This document shows, piece by piece, positions 1 to 9,279 of a stretch of DNA of 64,000 nt; positions within the stretch are counted from its first letter, which is position 1; each line of letters starts with the position of its first letter. The translations under genes and the position numbers were made by a program. The DNA comes from Actinomycetota bacterium (GTDB lineage: Bacteria > Actinomycetota > Thermoleophilia > Solirubrobacterales > JACPNS01). The notes beneath the pieces were generated by a model that had not been told where the DNA came from, searched no databases, and saw only the letters and a list, made by a program, of their open reading frames with translations. The stretch covers positions 193,081 through 257,080 of the forward strand of contig JACQZY010000013.1 of NCBI GenBank assembly GCA_016213645.1, written 5' to 3'.

Positions 1-326
1 GCGTACTGTTCAACTTCCACCCGGCGGTGCCGGTGACAATGGCGATCGGCCTACTGATCGGCGTGGCGGCGGGTCTTCGCGCCGCCAGCTCCAGCGCACT
101 TGCACTCAATCAGTTGCCGGACAAGCCCGGCGCGATGATGGCCGCGCGCACCGCCGCCGTGCAGATCGGTTATCTGGTCGGTGCCTCGATCGGCGGAGTT
201 GCGGTGGACGCGGCCGGTTACGGCTCGCTCGGCGTGATCATGATCACCGGTATGGCGCTCTCGGCGCTGGTGATGAGTGGAGTGCGCGAGCGTCCGCCAA
301 CCGTTGTGTCACAGACGGCTGACTGA
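1..326 (+). CDS. MFS-type transporter, C-terminal fragment (5' end lies outside the window)
   Basis: The frame is open from the window edge. The translated tail contains hydrophobic helices (AIGLLIGVAAGL, GYLVGASIGGVAVD, GVIMITGMALSALVM) like the last TMs of MFS permeases. Stop codon at 324-326. Confidence 0.45.
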   Translation, partial: VLFNFHPAVPVTMAIGLLIGVAAGLRAASSSALALNQLPDKPGAMMAARTAAVQIGYLVGASIGGVAVDAAGYGSLGVIMITGMALSALVMSGVRERPPTVVSQTAD

Positions 327-386
327 AGCGAATTTGCGTAATTTCGGATACAAAATTCATGCCGGTGGCGGCTCCACCACTGCAAT

Positions 387-414
387 TTGTTGCTGATGCT
401 ACTGATGCTATAAT
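387..414 (+). promoter_or_regulatory. Candidate sigma-70-type promoter of vapBC (TTGTTG, 16 nt spacer, TATAAT) with embedded repeats
   Basis: TTGTTG at 387-392 and TATAAT at 409-414, in an AT-rich island within GC-rich DNA. The vapB ATG at 424 lies only 10 nt after the -10 box, implying a leaderless or near-leaderless mRNA. The region also holds a tandem CTGATGCTA x2 (393-410) and an inverted repeat GATGCT-N8-AGCATC (404-423). Confidence 0.45.
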
Positions 415-423
415 TACAGCATC

Positions 424-675
424 ATGCGCACCACACTGACTATTGACGATGACGTCAAGGCGCTCATCGAGCACGAGCGAAACCGCACAGGAGAGTCGTT
501 TCGAACTGTCGTGAACAGGCTGATCCGGCGCGGTGCGACCGGCGGTGAGAGTGCGAAATCAGCACCGGTTCCACTTCCCCTTCTGCCGGGTAAGCCGACA
601 CTCGACGTATCCGACGTCTCGGCGCTGCTGGCCACGTTGGACGACGAACGTCGCGCTCAACGCGGTCTAACGTGA
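424..675 (+). CDS. vapB: Type II antitoxin, VapB-like (small DNA-binding antitoxin)
   Basis: An 83-aa ORF immediately upstream of a PIN-domain gene, overlapping it by 4 bp. The N-terminus MRTTLTIDDDVKALIE is typical of ribbon-helix-helix or CopG-like antitoxins. Confidence 0.7.
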   Translation: MRTTLTIDDDVKALIEHERNRTGESFRTVVNRLIRRGATGGESAKSAPVPLPLLPGKPTLDVSDVSALLATLDDERRAQRGLT

Positions 676-1118
676 CCCTTGTAGACACGAACATCCTGAT
701 CTACGCCACGTTTGCCGACGTGCGCGAAAACGCGCGTGCCCGCGATTGGCTTGACTCTCGGCTATCGGAAGACAACGGCGGCGGAGTGGTCTTCTGCTGG
801 CCGGTCCTTTACGCCTATCTTCGTCTCGTAACCAGCTCACGCGTGTTCAGAGAAAACGCGCTTTCGGTGGATCAGGGATGGAGCGTTGTGGCGGACCTGC
901 TCAACCAACCCGTGACCCGCGTGATCTCACCCGGCCCGGGGCACGCGGCGATTGCCGCGGATCTGGCGCGAACACCCGGGCTGCGCAGCGACGATGTGCC
1001 CGATATTGAAATCGCCGCGCTTGCAATCGAGCACGGGCTGCGCCTGGCATCGCACGACAACGGATTCCGGCGCTTCAGCGGACTGCGCACTTTCGACCCG
1101 ATTCTCGAATCAGAGTGA
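672..1118 (+). CDS. vapC: PIN-domain ribonuclease toxin, VapC family
   Basis: The N-terminal MTLVDTNILIYA carries the first PIN acidic residue, and the C-terminal SHDNGFRRF carries the last conserved Asp. The GTG start overlaps the vapB stop (GTGA). Confidence 0.85.
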   Translation: MTLVDTNILIYATFADVRENARARDWLDSRLSEDNGGGVVFCWPVLYAYLRLVTSSRVFRENALSVDQGWSVVADLLNQPVTRVISPGPGHAAIAADLARTPGLRSDDVPDIEIAALAIEHGLRLASHDNGFRRFSGLRTFDPILESE

Positions 1119-1173
1119 CCGCGCGGCGGCGACCGCGGAGCGCAAGTCCGCCGAACAGACGACTAGCCGGCGC

Positions 1174-1857
1174 CTACGCCTTCAGCGCGTTTGCCACATC
1201 CCGCAGATTCTTGACCATCAGATCCGGCTTCTTTGATTTGGCGTCGGGCAGCTTTTCGCCCTTGCGGTTGACCCAGATCGTCGGCAACTTCGCCTTCAGC
1301 GACGGGCCGACGTCGTAGTAGTAGCTACTGCCAACGTGCACCCAGCCTTTCTTGCCGCCGATGCGACGGGCGCACTCCGTAAAGTGCGCCGCCTCCGGCT
1401 TGTAGCTGCGCACCTGCTGCGCCGTCACCACAATGTCGAAGTCGCTACGGATGTGACGCCGGCTGGCGACCAGCAGCTTGTCGTCGATGTTGACGACCAG
1501 GCCGACCTGGTACTTCTTGGCGATGCGGTCAAGCGCGGCGTTGGCCTCGCGAAACGGCTTCCAGCGAATCACGCTGTCGGGCAGGAAGTTTGTGCGCGAT
1601 GGTTCGAGGTCCCACTCAAGGTCTTCGGCGACCTTCAGCGCGATGCGCCGCAGAACCTCGGCGTAGAGCTCGTACGAACCTGACTTGATCTCCTCTTGGT
1701 GCTTGAGGAACAGCTCGATCACGCGGTTCTTGTCGGCCAGGTTGAAGCCCGACCTTTTGGCCTCGGCCTGAAAGGCCTCGTAGACGCCGGTTTCCCAGTC
1801 GATCAGGGTGCCGTAGACGTCGAACGTCACCCACTTGATGTCTTTTGGCAATGCCAT
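1174..1857 (-). CDS. HAD-superfamily hydrolase, haloacid dehalogenase type II-like
   Basis: HAD motif I is present as VTFDVYGTLID, followed by SYKP and a later WVHVGSS..D region typical of the L-2-haloacid dehalogenase subfamily. Confidence 0.75.
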   Translation of the reverse strand: MALPKDIKWVTFDVYGTLIDWETGVYEAFQAEAKRSGFNLADKNRVIELFLKHQEEIKSGSYELYAEVLRRIALKVAEDLEWDLEPSRTNFLPDSVIRWKPFREANAALDRIAKKYQVGLVVNIDDKLLVASRRHIRSDFDIVVTAQQVRSYKPEAAHFTECARRIGGKKGWVHVGSSYYYDVGPSLKAKLPTIWVNRKGEKLPDAKSKKPDLMVKNLRDVANALKA

Positions 1858-2003
1858 TGGAAGCGATATTTCCCCTGCAAAAACTGCTGTTGAAGGACGC
1901 CCGAGAGCGCGGCTTGAGCCCTGATACGGTTTTCGCCGCGTCGAGCGCCCATTAGATTCTACGAATTGCGTTCGCCCTATCCCCTATCTGAGGTAGTTAC
2001 AGG

Positions 2004-3149
2004 ATGGATCTACTCGAGTATCAAGGCAAACAATTATTCGCCAAGCACGGATTGACCGTGTCTGACGGCAAGGCGGTCACGACGGTTGATGACGCCGTCG
2101 CGGCCGCGAACGAGATCGGCTATCCGGTCGTCGTAAAAGCACAGGTTCTGATCGGCGGCCGTGGCAAGGCCGGCGGTGTCAAGCTCGCGGCCGACGAAGC
2201 CGAGGCGCGAGAGCACGCGAACAACATCTTGGGTCTCGACATCAAGGGCCACGTCACGCGCACCGTTTGGATCGAGCACGCGTCCGACATCGCCTCCGAG
2301 TACTACGCCTCGGTGCTGCTGGACCGCTCCGCCAAGAAGCCGTTGGTGATGTTCTCGACCGAGGGCGGCATCGACATCGAAGAGGTTGCGGAAAAGACCC
2401 CGGAGAAGCTGATCAAGCTTCACGTTGATCCTCTCACCGGACTCTCCAAGGAAGCAGCGGTGAAGATCGCGACCGACGGCGGCGTCGACGAAGACGTGAT
2501 CGAAGGCGTCGGGGACGCGCTGGTCGCTCTTTACAAAGTCTGGATCGAAGAGGACGCCTCGCTCGCCGAGATCAACCCGCTGATCATCACGCCCGAGCGT
2601 GAGGTAAAGGCGCTCGACGCGAAGGTTTCGCTAGACAACAACGCCGCGTTTCGTCACCCCGAGCACGAAGGCCTTGGCGACGCCGCCAACGCCGACCCGA
2701 TCGAGACGAAGGCCGCCGAGCAGGGTCTTGTGTACGTCAAGCTCGACGGTGACATCGGCGTCTTGGGCAACGGCGCCGGCCTGGTGATGAGCACGCTTGA
2801 CGTGGTCGCCCAGCACGGCGGCGAGCCGGCCAACTTCCTCGACGCGGGAGGCGGATCTGACGCCGCCAAGGTCAAGCAGGCCGTCGAGCTGATCCTCAGC
2901 AACAACAACGTAAAGGCCGTGCTGTTCAACATCTTCGGCGGCATCACGCGCTGCAACGAGGTGGCCAACGGCCTGATCGCGGCGTTTGAGGACCTCAAGC
3001 CTTCGGTGCCGTTCGTCGTGCGCCTGGACGGCACCAACGACGTGCAAGGCCGCGAGATCCTGGAAGCCGCCGCGCTTCCCAACGTGTACGCGGCCAAGAC
3101 CATGGATGGGGCGGCCGAGCAGGTCGTTGCCCTCGCAAAGGAGAGTTGA
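2004..3149 (+). CDS. sucC: Succinate--CoA ligase (ADP-forming) beta subunit
   Basis: MDLLEYQGKQLFAKHG, VVKAQVLIGGRGKAGGVK and GNGAGLVMSTLD are hallmark SucC sequences. An SD-like GAGGTAG lies upstream. Confidence 0.97.
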   Translation: MDLLEYQGKQLFAKHGLTVSDGKAVTTVDDAVAAANEIGYPVVVKAQVLIGGRGKAGGVKLAADEAEAREHANNILGLDIKGHVTRTVWIEHASDIASEYYASVLLDRSAKKPLVMFSTEGGIDIEEVAEKTPEKLIKLHVDPLTGLSKEAAVKIATDGGVDEDVIEGVGDALVALYKVWIEEDASLAEINPLIITPEREVKALDAKVSLDNNAAFRHPEHEGLGDAANADPIETKAAEQGLVYVKLDGDIGVLGNGAGLVMSTLDVVAQHGGEPANFLDAGGGSDAAKVKQAVELILSNNNVKAVLFNIFGGITRCNEVANGLIAAFEDLKPSVPFVVRLDGTNDVQGREILEAAALPNVYAAKTMDGAAEQVVALAKES

Positions 3150-3151
3150 AA

Positions 3152-4036
<885 letters not shown>

Positions 4037-4044
4037 AGACGCGC

Positions 4045-4065
4045 GCCGTCGCCGCCGGCGACGGC
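4045..4065 (+). terminator. GC-rich hairpin after sucD (possible terminator lacking a U-tract)
   Basis: GCCGTCGCC-gcc-GGCGACGGC forms a perfect 9-bp stem 9 nt after the sucD stop. No T-run follows, so termination function is uncertain. Confidence 0.3.
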
Positions 4066-4074
4066 TCACGACCG

Positions 4075-4680
4075 ATGATCGACGTCGTTTATTTCTTCGG
4101 CGATTCGTTCGTGGCCGGTTTCGGAGATCCGACCGGCCACGGATGGATCGGCCGTGTGCAGGAGTCCGCTCCGCCGGAAATGCGCTTCACCGCCGTCAAC
4201 AGGGGTGTACCCGGAGCAACCTCGATTCAGTGCGTGCGTGATTGGCAGGACGCCGCCGAGCGCCTGCTGGCGGACGACGTGAGCGGCTCCGGCGTTGTGT
4301 TCTCGTTCGGCACCAACGATGTGATTTCGGTAATGCCGCCCGGTCAAACCTGTGAGGCGCTCGGCGAAGCACTGTCGCTGGCCGCCGCGATCGGCATGCC
4401 TGCGCTTGTCGTGGGACCTCCTCCGATCGGCGACATGCCTCGGGAGGAGCGGTTGCTGGCCTCGCTCGCGGGCGACTTGGCGCTGATCTGCGCAACGCAC
4501 GGCGCGTTTTACGTGGACGCGCACGACGAACTGCTGGCCTCGCCGGTCTGGATGTCCGAAATCGCCTGCGGCGACGGCTCCCACCCGCAAGCGGACGGGT
4601 ACGAAACGCTTGCCAAACTGGTGATCGACGCCGGATTCTTCGACTGGCTGGCGGGCCGCGATCCAGCCACCGTGGGTTGA
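4075..4680 (+). CDS. SGNH/GDSL-family hydrolase
   Basis: Block I is FFGDSFVAGFGD with the catalytic Ser. FGTNDV matches block III, and a C-terminal DGSHP matches the DxxH block. Confidence 0.75.
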   Translation: MIDVVYFFGDSFVAGFGDPTGHGWIGRVQESAPPEMRFTAVNRGVPGATSIQCVRDWQDAAERLLADDVSGSGVVFSFGTNDVISVMPPGQTCEALGEALSLAAAIGMPALVVGPPPIGDMPREERLLASLAGDLALICATHGAFYVDAHDELLASPVWMSEIACGDGSHPQADGYETLAKLVIDAGFFDWLAGRDPATVG

Positions 4681-4724
4681 GAGCGTGCCGAAATGCTCTC
4701 CGCAGTCGATACGCTGACCGGCAA

Positions 4725-5816
4725 ATGACGACCGACTTGAAAACTATTTCGTTCGCCCGCGGCGCTCCTTCTCTGGATCTGATCCCGATCGAAGAATTGA
4801 AGGAGTCGGCGATCGCCGCCTTCAGCAACGATCCGGCCGGAACCTTTGGTTACGGCACGGCCGTCGGTTATCAGCCGCTGCGCGAGTGGATCGCGTTACA
4901 GCACGGCGTCGAAGCGGACCGCGTGATCGTCACCAACGGCTCGCTGCACGCCTGCGCGATGATGTTTGACCGGCTGGTCGCGCCGAGCGACAAGATCGTG
5001 ATCGAGCAGCCGCTCTACGATCGTTCGCTGCTGATGCTGCGCCAGCGCGGCGCGGACTTGGTCGGCATTCCGCTCGAGGAGGACGGGCTGAACATCGCTC
5101 TACTTGAAGAGGCGATCGACGGCGGCCTGCAACCAAAGTTCGTTTACACAATCCCGAACTTTCACAATCCGGCCGGTTGCACGCTCTCGCTGGAGAAGCG
5201 GCAGCGACTGGTGGAGCTTGCGCACGAACACGACTTTCTGATCGTCGAGGATGACCCGTATCGCGACGTGATCTTCGACGGCGAACCGCTGCCGTCGATG
5301 CTTTCGATGGACGACTCTGACGAGCGCGTGTTCTTCATGTGTTCGTTCACCAAGACCGTGGCGCCGGGGCTACGCGTGGGTTACGCAATCGCCAGTCAGG
5401 CGGTCACCAAGGACCTCGTGACGGCCGGTACGAACACTTACATCTCGCCGGGCATGGTCAGCGAATCAATCCTCAACGATTTCGTTCGCGCGGGCAAGCT
5501 GAACGGTGCAATCGCAACCGTGCGCGCGGCGCTGCGTGAACGGCGCGACGCGCTGACCGGCGCGATCACCGAGCTGCTGCCGGAGGCGCGATTCGTGACG
5601 CCACGCGGCGGGTACTTCCTTTGGGTGGACCTACCGGAGAGCGTTGACACCGACGACCTCGCCGCGCGCGCGGCAGAGGCCGGGGTACCGATCACACCGG
5701 GCAGCGACTTTTCGCTGAAGGGCGGACGCAGCAGTATGCGCCTGAGCTACTCCGGCAACTCGCCGGAGCAGATTCGCGAAGGCGTTGAACGCCTCGCATC
5801 GCTGATCAACGGCTGA
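4725..5816 (+). CDS. PLP-dependent aminotransferase, class I/II fold
   Basis: FARGAPSLDLIP, YTIPNFHNPAG and the SFTKTVAPGLRVGY lysine block are typical of the AspAT/2-aminoadipate aminotransferase-like family. I chose the ATG at 4725 rather than the upstream ORF-track start at 4677. Confidence 0.85.
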   Translation: MTTDLKTISFARGAPSLDLIPIEELKESAIAAFSNDPAGTFGYGTAVGYQPLREWIALQHGVEADRVIVTNGSLHACAMMFDRLVAPSDKIVIEQPLYDRSLLMLRQRGADLVGIPLEEDGLNIALLEEAIDGGLQPKFVYTIPNFHNPAGCTLSLEKRQRLVELAHEHDFLIVEDDPYRDVIFDGEPLPSMLSMDDSDERVFFMCSFTKTVAPGLRVGYAIASQAVTKDLVTAGTNTYISPGMVSESILNDFVRAGKLNGAIATVRAALRERRDALTGAITELLPEARFVTPRGGYFLWVDLPESVDTDDLAARAAEAGVPITPGSDFSLKGGRSSMRLSYSGNSPEQIREGVERLASLING

Positions 5817-5857
5817 TTCAACCAGCGCGAATCGCGGGCCGGAACGCGCAGAGCGTT

Positions 5858-6652
5858 CTAATGCTCGTCGTGCTCGCCGGCCGGATGACTTCTGCCTGCC
5901 AGGTATGCACAGGATCTATGCAGGCGAGAGCCCTTCATCGACGGATTGTTGCGCGGAAAGCTCCGCTGCCTGTGATCGTGGATGTCCTGGTGCAGCCAGC
6001 CGTGGACGGCACGATGCTGAAGCCGGGTGAACAATTCAGCTTGTGATTTGGAACTCTGTTTCAACCTGACGGAGCGCCGAGCGTAACGTTTGACCACGGC
6101 CATCGCACGACGCACGACGAGTACACGAGATCGACCGGTGTGGTCGGCGATTTCGGCCGGACTCCAGCCCTGAAGGCGAGCGCGCTGAAAGTCCGCCGAG
6201 CGCACACCGAAGATCCACGCTGAATTGAGCGCGATCGCCGGATCGTGGAAATAGTGAAAGAACACATGCTGAGCCAGGTGGCCCTGCGTCATCAGTTCAT
6301 TCGCACGCCTTGTCAACTCCGCGAGTCGCACGTCGTCGATCCGGCCGTTCCAGTCCGAGACCAGTCCCGCGACCACTGCGTCCGGATCCTTCCCGTGGCG
6401 CTGTACAAGCTTGCCGAGCGTGTGATGGTCGTCGTCCTTGATGTAACGCCGGAACTCTTCGCGCGAGATGCCCGTCAGCCGGTACAGCTTTCGCTCGCTG
6501 AACGGCATCCAGTGAAACATCACCCACGACTCGCAAGGCAACCAGCGGTCGCGCGCACCGGGCGGGGCGTGCGAGTCCTTCGCATCAGCCGTCGTCGCGA
6601 TGAGCAATACGGCGACGGCGATCGCCACTACAACTGACCGAACGATGTTCAA
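5858..6652 (-). CDS. Secreted hypothetical protein (His/Trp-rich)
   Basis: The N-terminal MNIVRSVVVAIAVAVLLIATTADA is a clear signal peptide. The TTG start overlaps the stop of the upstream cyclase gene (TTGA). I recognised no family. Confidence 0.55.
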   Translation of the reverse strand: MNIVRSVVVAIAVAVLLIATTADAKDSHAPPGARDRWLPCESWVMFHWMPFSERKLYRLTGISREEFRRYIKDDDHHTLGKLVQRHGKDPDAVVAGLVSDWNGRIDDVRLAELTRRANELMTQGHLAQHVFFHYFHDPAIALNSAWIFGVRSADFQRARLQGWSPAEIADHTGRSRVLVVRRAMAVVKRYARRSVRLKQSSKSQAELFTRLQHRAVHGWLHQDIHDHRQRSFPRNNPSMKGSRLHRSCAYLAGRSHPAGEHDEH

Positions 6653-8409
6653 GCGACCCGGCGCGATGACTTTGGCTCTTTCGCGGGCTTACCGGACGGC
6701 GGAGCCGGCTTTGACTTTTTCTGCTTTGTCTCTGGTTTCTGTTTTTTCTGAGACTGCTTTTCGGGCTTGGCCTTCACGGGTTTTTCTTTGGCGGTCGACT
6801 CGCTCGGCGTCTTCTGCTTTGCCGGCTTGGCTTTGGCCGGTTTCTCCTTGGCCGGCTTTTCCTTCACCGGCTTGGCCTTTGCCAAGCGTGCGGCGGGCGC
6901 GGCGAGCTTGGGCTTGGCCGCCTTGATCGGTTTTGAATCCGCGGCGGCTTTCAATGAATCGGCGGTCTTTTTCGGCAGGTCCTTCACCTGCGCGGCGGTG
7001 GCGGCGATCGGCTTGACGGCGACCTTCGCCTTCTCGACGAGCGCGGGTTCATCGGCCACCTTGGCCGCGGCCTTCTCGCGCTGTTCGACCTTTTTCCGCA
7101 GCTCCCGCTCCAGACCCTTTGCCAGTTTGTCCTGCTGCTTTACTGCCTTCTCGCTCTGCTTTTCGGCCGCCGCAACGGCCTTGTCGCGTTCGCGTTCGGC
7201 GCGCTTGCGCTCCTGCTCGGCTTTTTCCCGGGCCTTCGTGGCTGTTTTCTCGCGTTCGCGTCCACCCCTCGGACGGACGCGGAAGATCTCGATCGGCTGC
7301 TCGATTCCCTTGAAGCGGCGCTTCCCGACCTCGGTCCAGTCGTACTTACGATCGAAGCGATCGTGCAGTTCCGCGGAGGTCACCACCGACCCCGGACGAG
7401 CGACGTCGCACAGCCGGCTTGCGTGATTGACCGGCGGGCCGTACACGTCGCCGCCTCGCACCAGCACTTCACCGACCGCGAGACCCACGCTTAGCTGCGG
7501 AAAACCCTCTTCTTCTCGATCTACGGCTTCGATCAGCGCCAGTGCCATGTCGATCAACGCGTCCGGCTCCGGCGACACCAGCATCACGGCGTCGCCGATC
7601 GTCTTGATCAGACGCACGGGCGCCTGCACCACGCCGATCGTGATCTCGCTGAGTCGCTCGGCGATCGAGCCAAGCTCGTCGGCGCGGATCTGCTCGCCAA
7701 GCGACGTGAACCCGACCAGATCGGCGAAACACACGGCCATTTCGCGCGTGTCGGAGAGCAGGTCGATCATCGCCTCGTTGCCCAGCACGTCCACGCGCGT
7801 GGCTTCGCGCAGGTGCAGGTTGAAGAGATGCTGCAACACGAAGCCAAACTCCGGCGAGGTGATGCGGGCGACCTCCGCATAGCGCACGGCGATGTCGTAT
7901 TCGTCGTCCTCGGGACGCAGGAAAGTGGTCAGGAACTGCCGTTCAACGGTGGCGGCCAGCTGCGAAAGCGCCGAGCCGAGCACGCGGATGATCTCCTTGA
8001 TGCCCGCCATCGGCATGCCCATCGCGAGGTTGGCGCGCACGGCGCGCATCACCTTGACGTCATATTCGCTGTAGGCCCGCTGGTCCAAAGCCGGCTCGGC
8101 CAGACCCAGACCCCGGCGCATTTCCAAAAACACGTCCAGCTCAAAGTCGGCGAGTTCGGCCACTTCCGACGCCACGTAAACCGGTTCGCCGCCCAGCGTG
8201 CGCTCCACCGGCAACAGAATCAGGCGCTTTTCCTTGGCGGCGAGCTTGACGTCTTCCAGCGGCACGCCCTCGTCGTCGAGCAGGTAGTCCAGCAGGCGGC
8301 GGCGCGCGTCGAGCGAGGCGGCCTCGACACCGTCGAACAGGCCTTCGGCCTGGTAGTCGATCGTTTCGCTGAGTTTGTCGCCGGGTTTATCGCTGGGCTT
8401 CGCCATCAC
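6649..8409 (-). CDS. Class III adenylate/guanylate cyclase with a long Lys/Ala/Glu-rich C-terminal tail
   Basis: The cyclase core contains VCFADLVGFTSLG, IKTIGDAVML and GPPVNHASRL. The C-terminal ~210 aa are low-complexity (KPAKEKPAKAKPAKQK...). Start is GTG 8409 or ATG 8406. Confidence 0.85.
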   Translation of the reverse strand: MMAKPSDKPGDKLSETIDYQAEGLFDGVEAASLDARRRLLDYLLDDEGVPLEDVKLAAKEKRLILLPVERTLGGEPVYVASEVAELADFELDVFLEMRRGLGLAEPALDQRAYSEYDVKVMRAVRANLAMGMPMAGIKEIIRVLGSALSQLAATVERQFLTTFLRPEDDEYDIAVRYAEVARITSPEFGFVLQHLFNLHLREATRVDVLGNEAMIDLLSDTREMAVCFADLVGFTSLGEQIRADELGSIAERLSEITIGVVQAPVRLIKTIGDAVMLVSPEPDALIDMALALIEAVDREEEGFPQLSVGLAVGEVLVRGGDVYGPPVNHASRLCDVARPGSVVTSAELHDRFDRKYDWTEVGKRRFKGIEQPIEIFRVRPRGGREREKTATKAREKAEQERKRAERERDKAVAAAEKQSEKAVKQQDKLAKGLERELRKKVEQREKAAAKVADEPALVEKAKVAVKPIAATAAQVKDLPKKTADSLKAAADSKPIKAAKPKLAAPAARLAKAKPVKEKPAKEKPAKAKPAKQKTPSESTAKEKPVKAKPEKQSQKKQKPETKQKKSKPAPPSGKPAKEPKSSRRVA

Positions 8410-8487
8410 CGCAGGAACTTATCGGGCGGCCACGACCGAGCTTTCAGTCGTTGCCGTCTGACGGCCGGACGAGCTTTCGATGCCGGT

Positions 8488-9195
8488 TCAGCGGCCGTAG
8501 CGTTCCTTCGCCAGCACAAGATGCTCGGGCAGCGCGGTGCGCGGCGGCGGCGAGGGGTCGGCTATGACCGAAATCGTCTCGGCCACGGACCGCGTGACGC
8601 CGTGTTCGCCGTGGTTCGACTCGACCACGATCTCCTCGTCACCGACCGTTTTGACGACCGCGTCCAAACCCGGGTGCAAATCCGCCGCCATCAGATAGTG
8701 GAGCAGATCCTCGGCCTCGTTTTCGAAGCGCAGGATCATCACCTTGGCACCGGCCTCGCAGTCGGCCAGCGGCACTCCCTGGATGCGATCCGCCGGATCT
8801 ATCGGATGGCCGTGCGGGCAGGTCTTGGCGCCGCCGATCGCCGCCAACATGCGTTCCTCCAACACCGGCGACATCGCGTGTTCCAGGCGCTCGGCCTCTT
8901 CGTGCACCTCGTCCCAGGGGATGTCCAGCACATCGGTGAGAAACCTTTCGAGCATACGGTGGCGCCGCACGATCGCCTCGGCGCGCTTGGCGCCGTCGGT
9001 GGTGAACTGCAGAGACTTGTCCGCGCGACGGCTTATGTACCCGTCTTTTTCCAGCCGCGCGACCATCTCGTGAACCGTCGGCGGAGAAAGCTGCATCGCT
9101 CGAGCGACGTTGGCGCCGGTCATCGGCAGACCGGCCTCTTGCAGCCAGAAGATCGTCTGCAGGTACTCCTCTTCCGCCACCGTCGCTTTCGCCAT
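8488..9195 (-). CDS. DtxR/IdeR-family metal-dependent transcriptional repressor with C-terminal FeoA/SH3-like domain
   Basis: EEYLQTIFWLQE, ARAMQLSPPTVHEMVARLEKDGYI, RRHRMLERFLTDVL and the metal-site region HEEAERLEH are present. At 235 aa it has the length of IdeR/DtxR rather than the short MntR. Confidence 0.9.
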   Translation of the reverse strand: MAKATVAEEEYLQTIFWLQEAGLPMTGANVARAMQLSPPTVHEMVARLEKDGYISRRADKSLQFTTDGAKRAEAIVRRHRMLERFLTDVLDIPWDEVHEEAERLEHAMSPVLEERMLAAIGGAKTCPHGHPIDPADRIQGVPLADCEAGAKVMILRFENEAEDLLHYLMAADLHPGLDAVVKTVGDEEIVVESNHGEHGVTRSVAETISVIADPSPPPRTALPEHLVLAKERYGR

Positions 9196-9279
9196 CGTGG
9201 CGTGATCCTACAGGAGGTTCGACGGCGCCTCTCCGCGCTATCGGTGCCTGTCCTCAGCGTCGCGTATACGCTGCCGCGC

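Noticed and set aside
7813-9279. The first ~490 codons of the 828-aa plus-strand ORF (7813-10299).
   Set aside because: This part runs antisense to the well-supported cyclase and DtxR-family genes. Its translation is Arg/Gly/His-rich low-complexity sequence, as is typical of shadow frames in high-GC DNA. Only the 3' third (from 9280) matches glycerate kinase.
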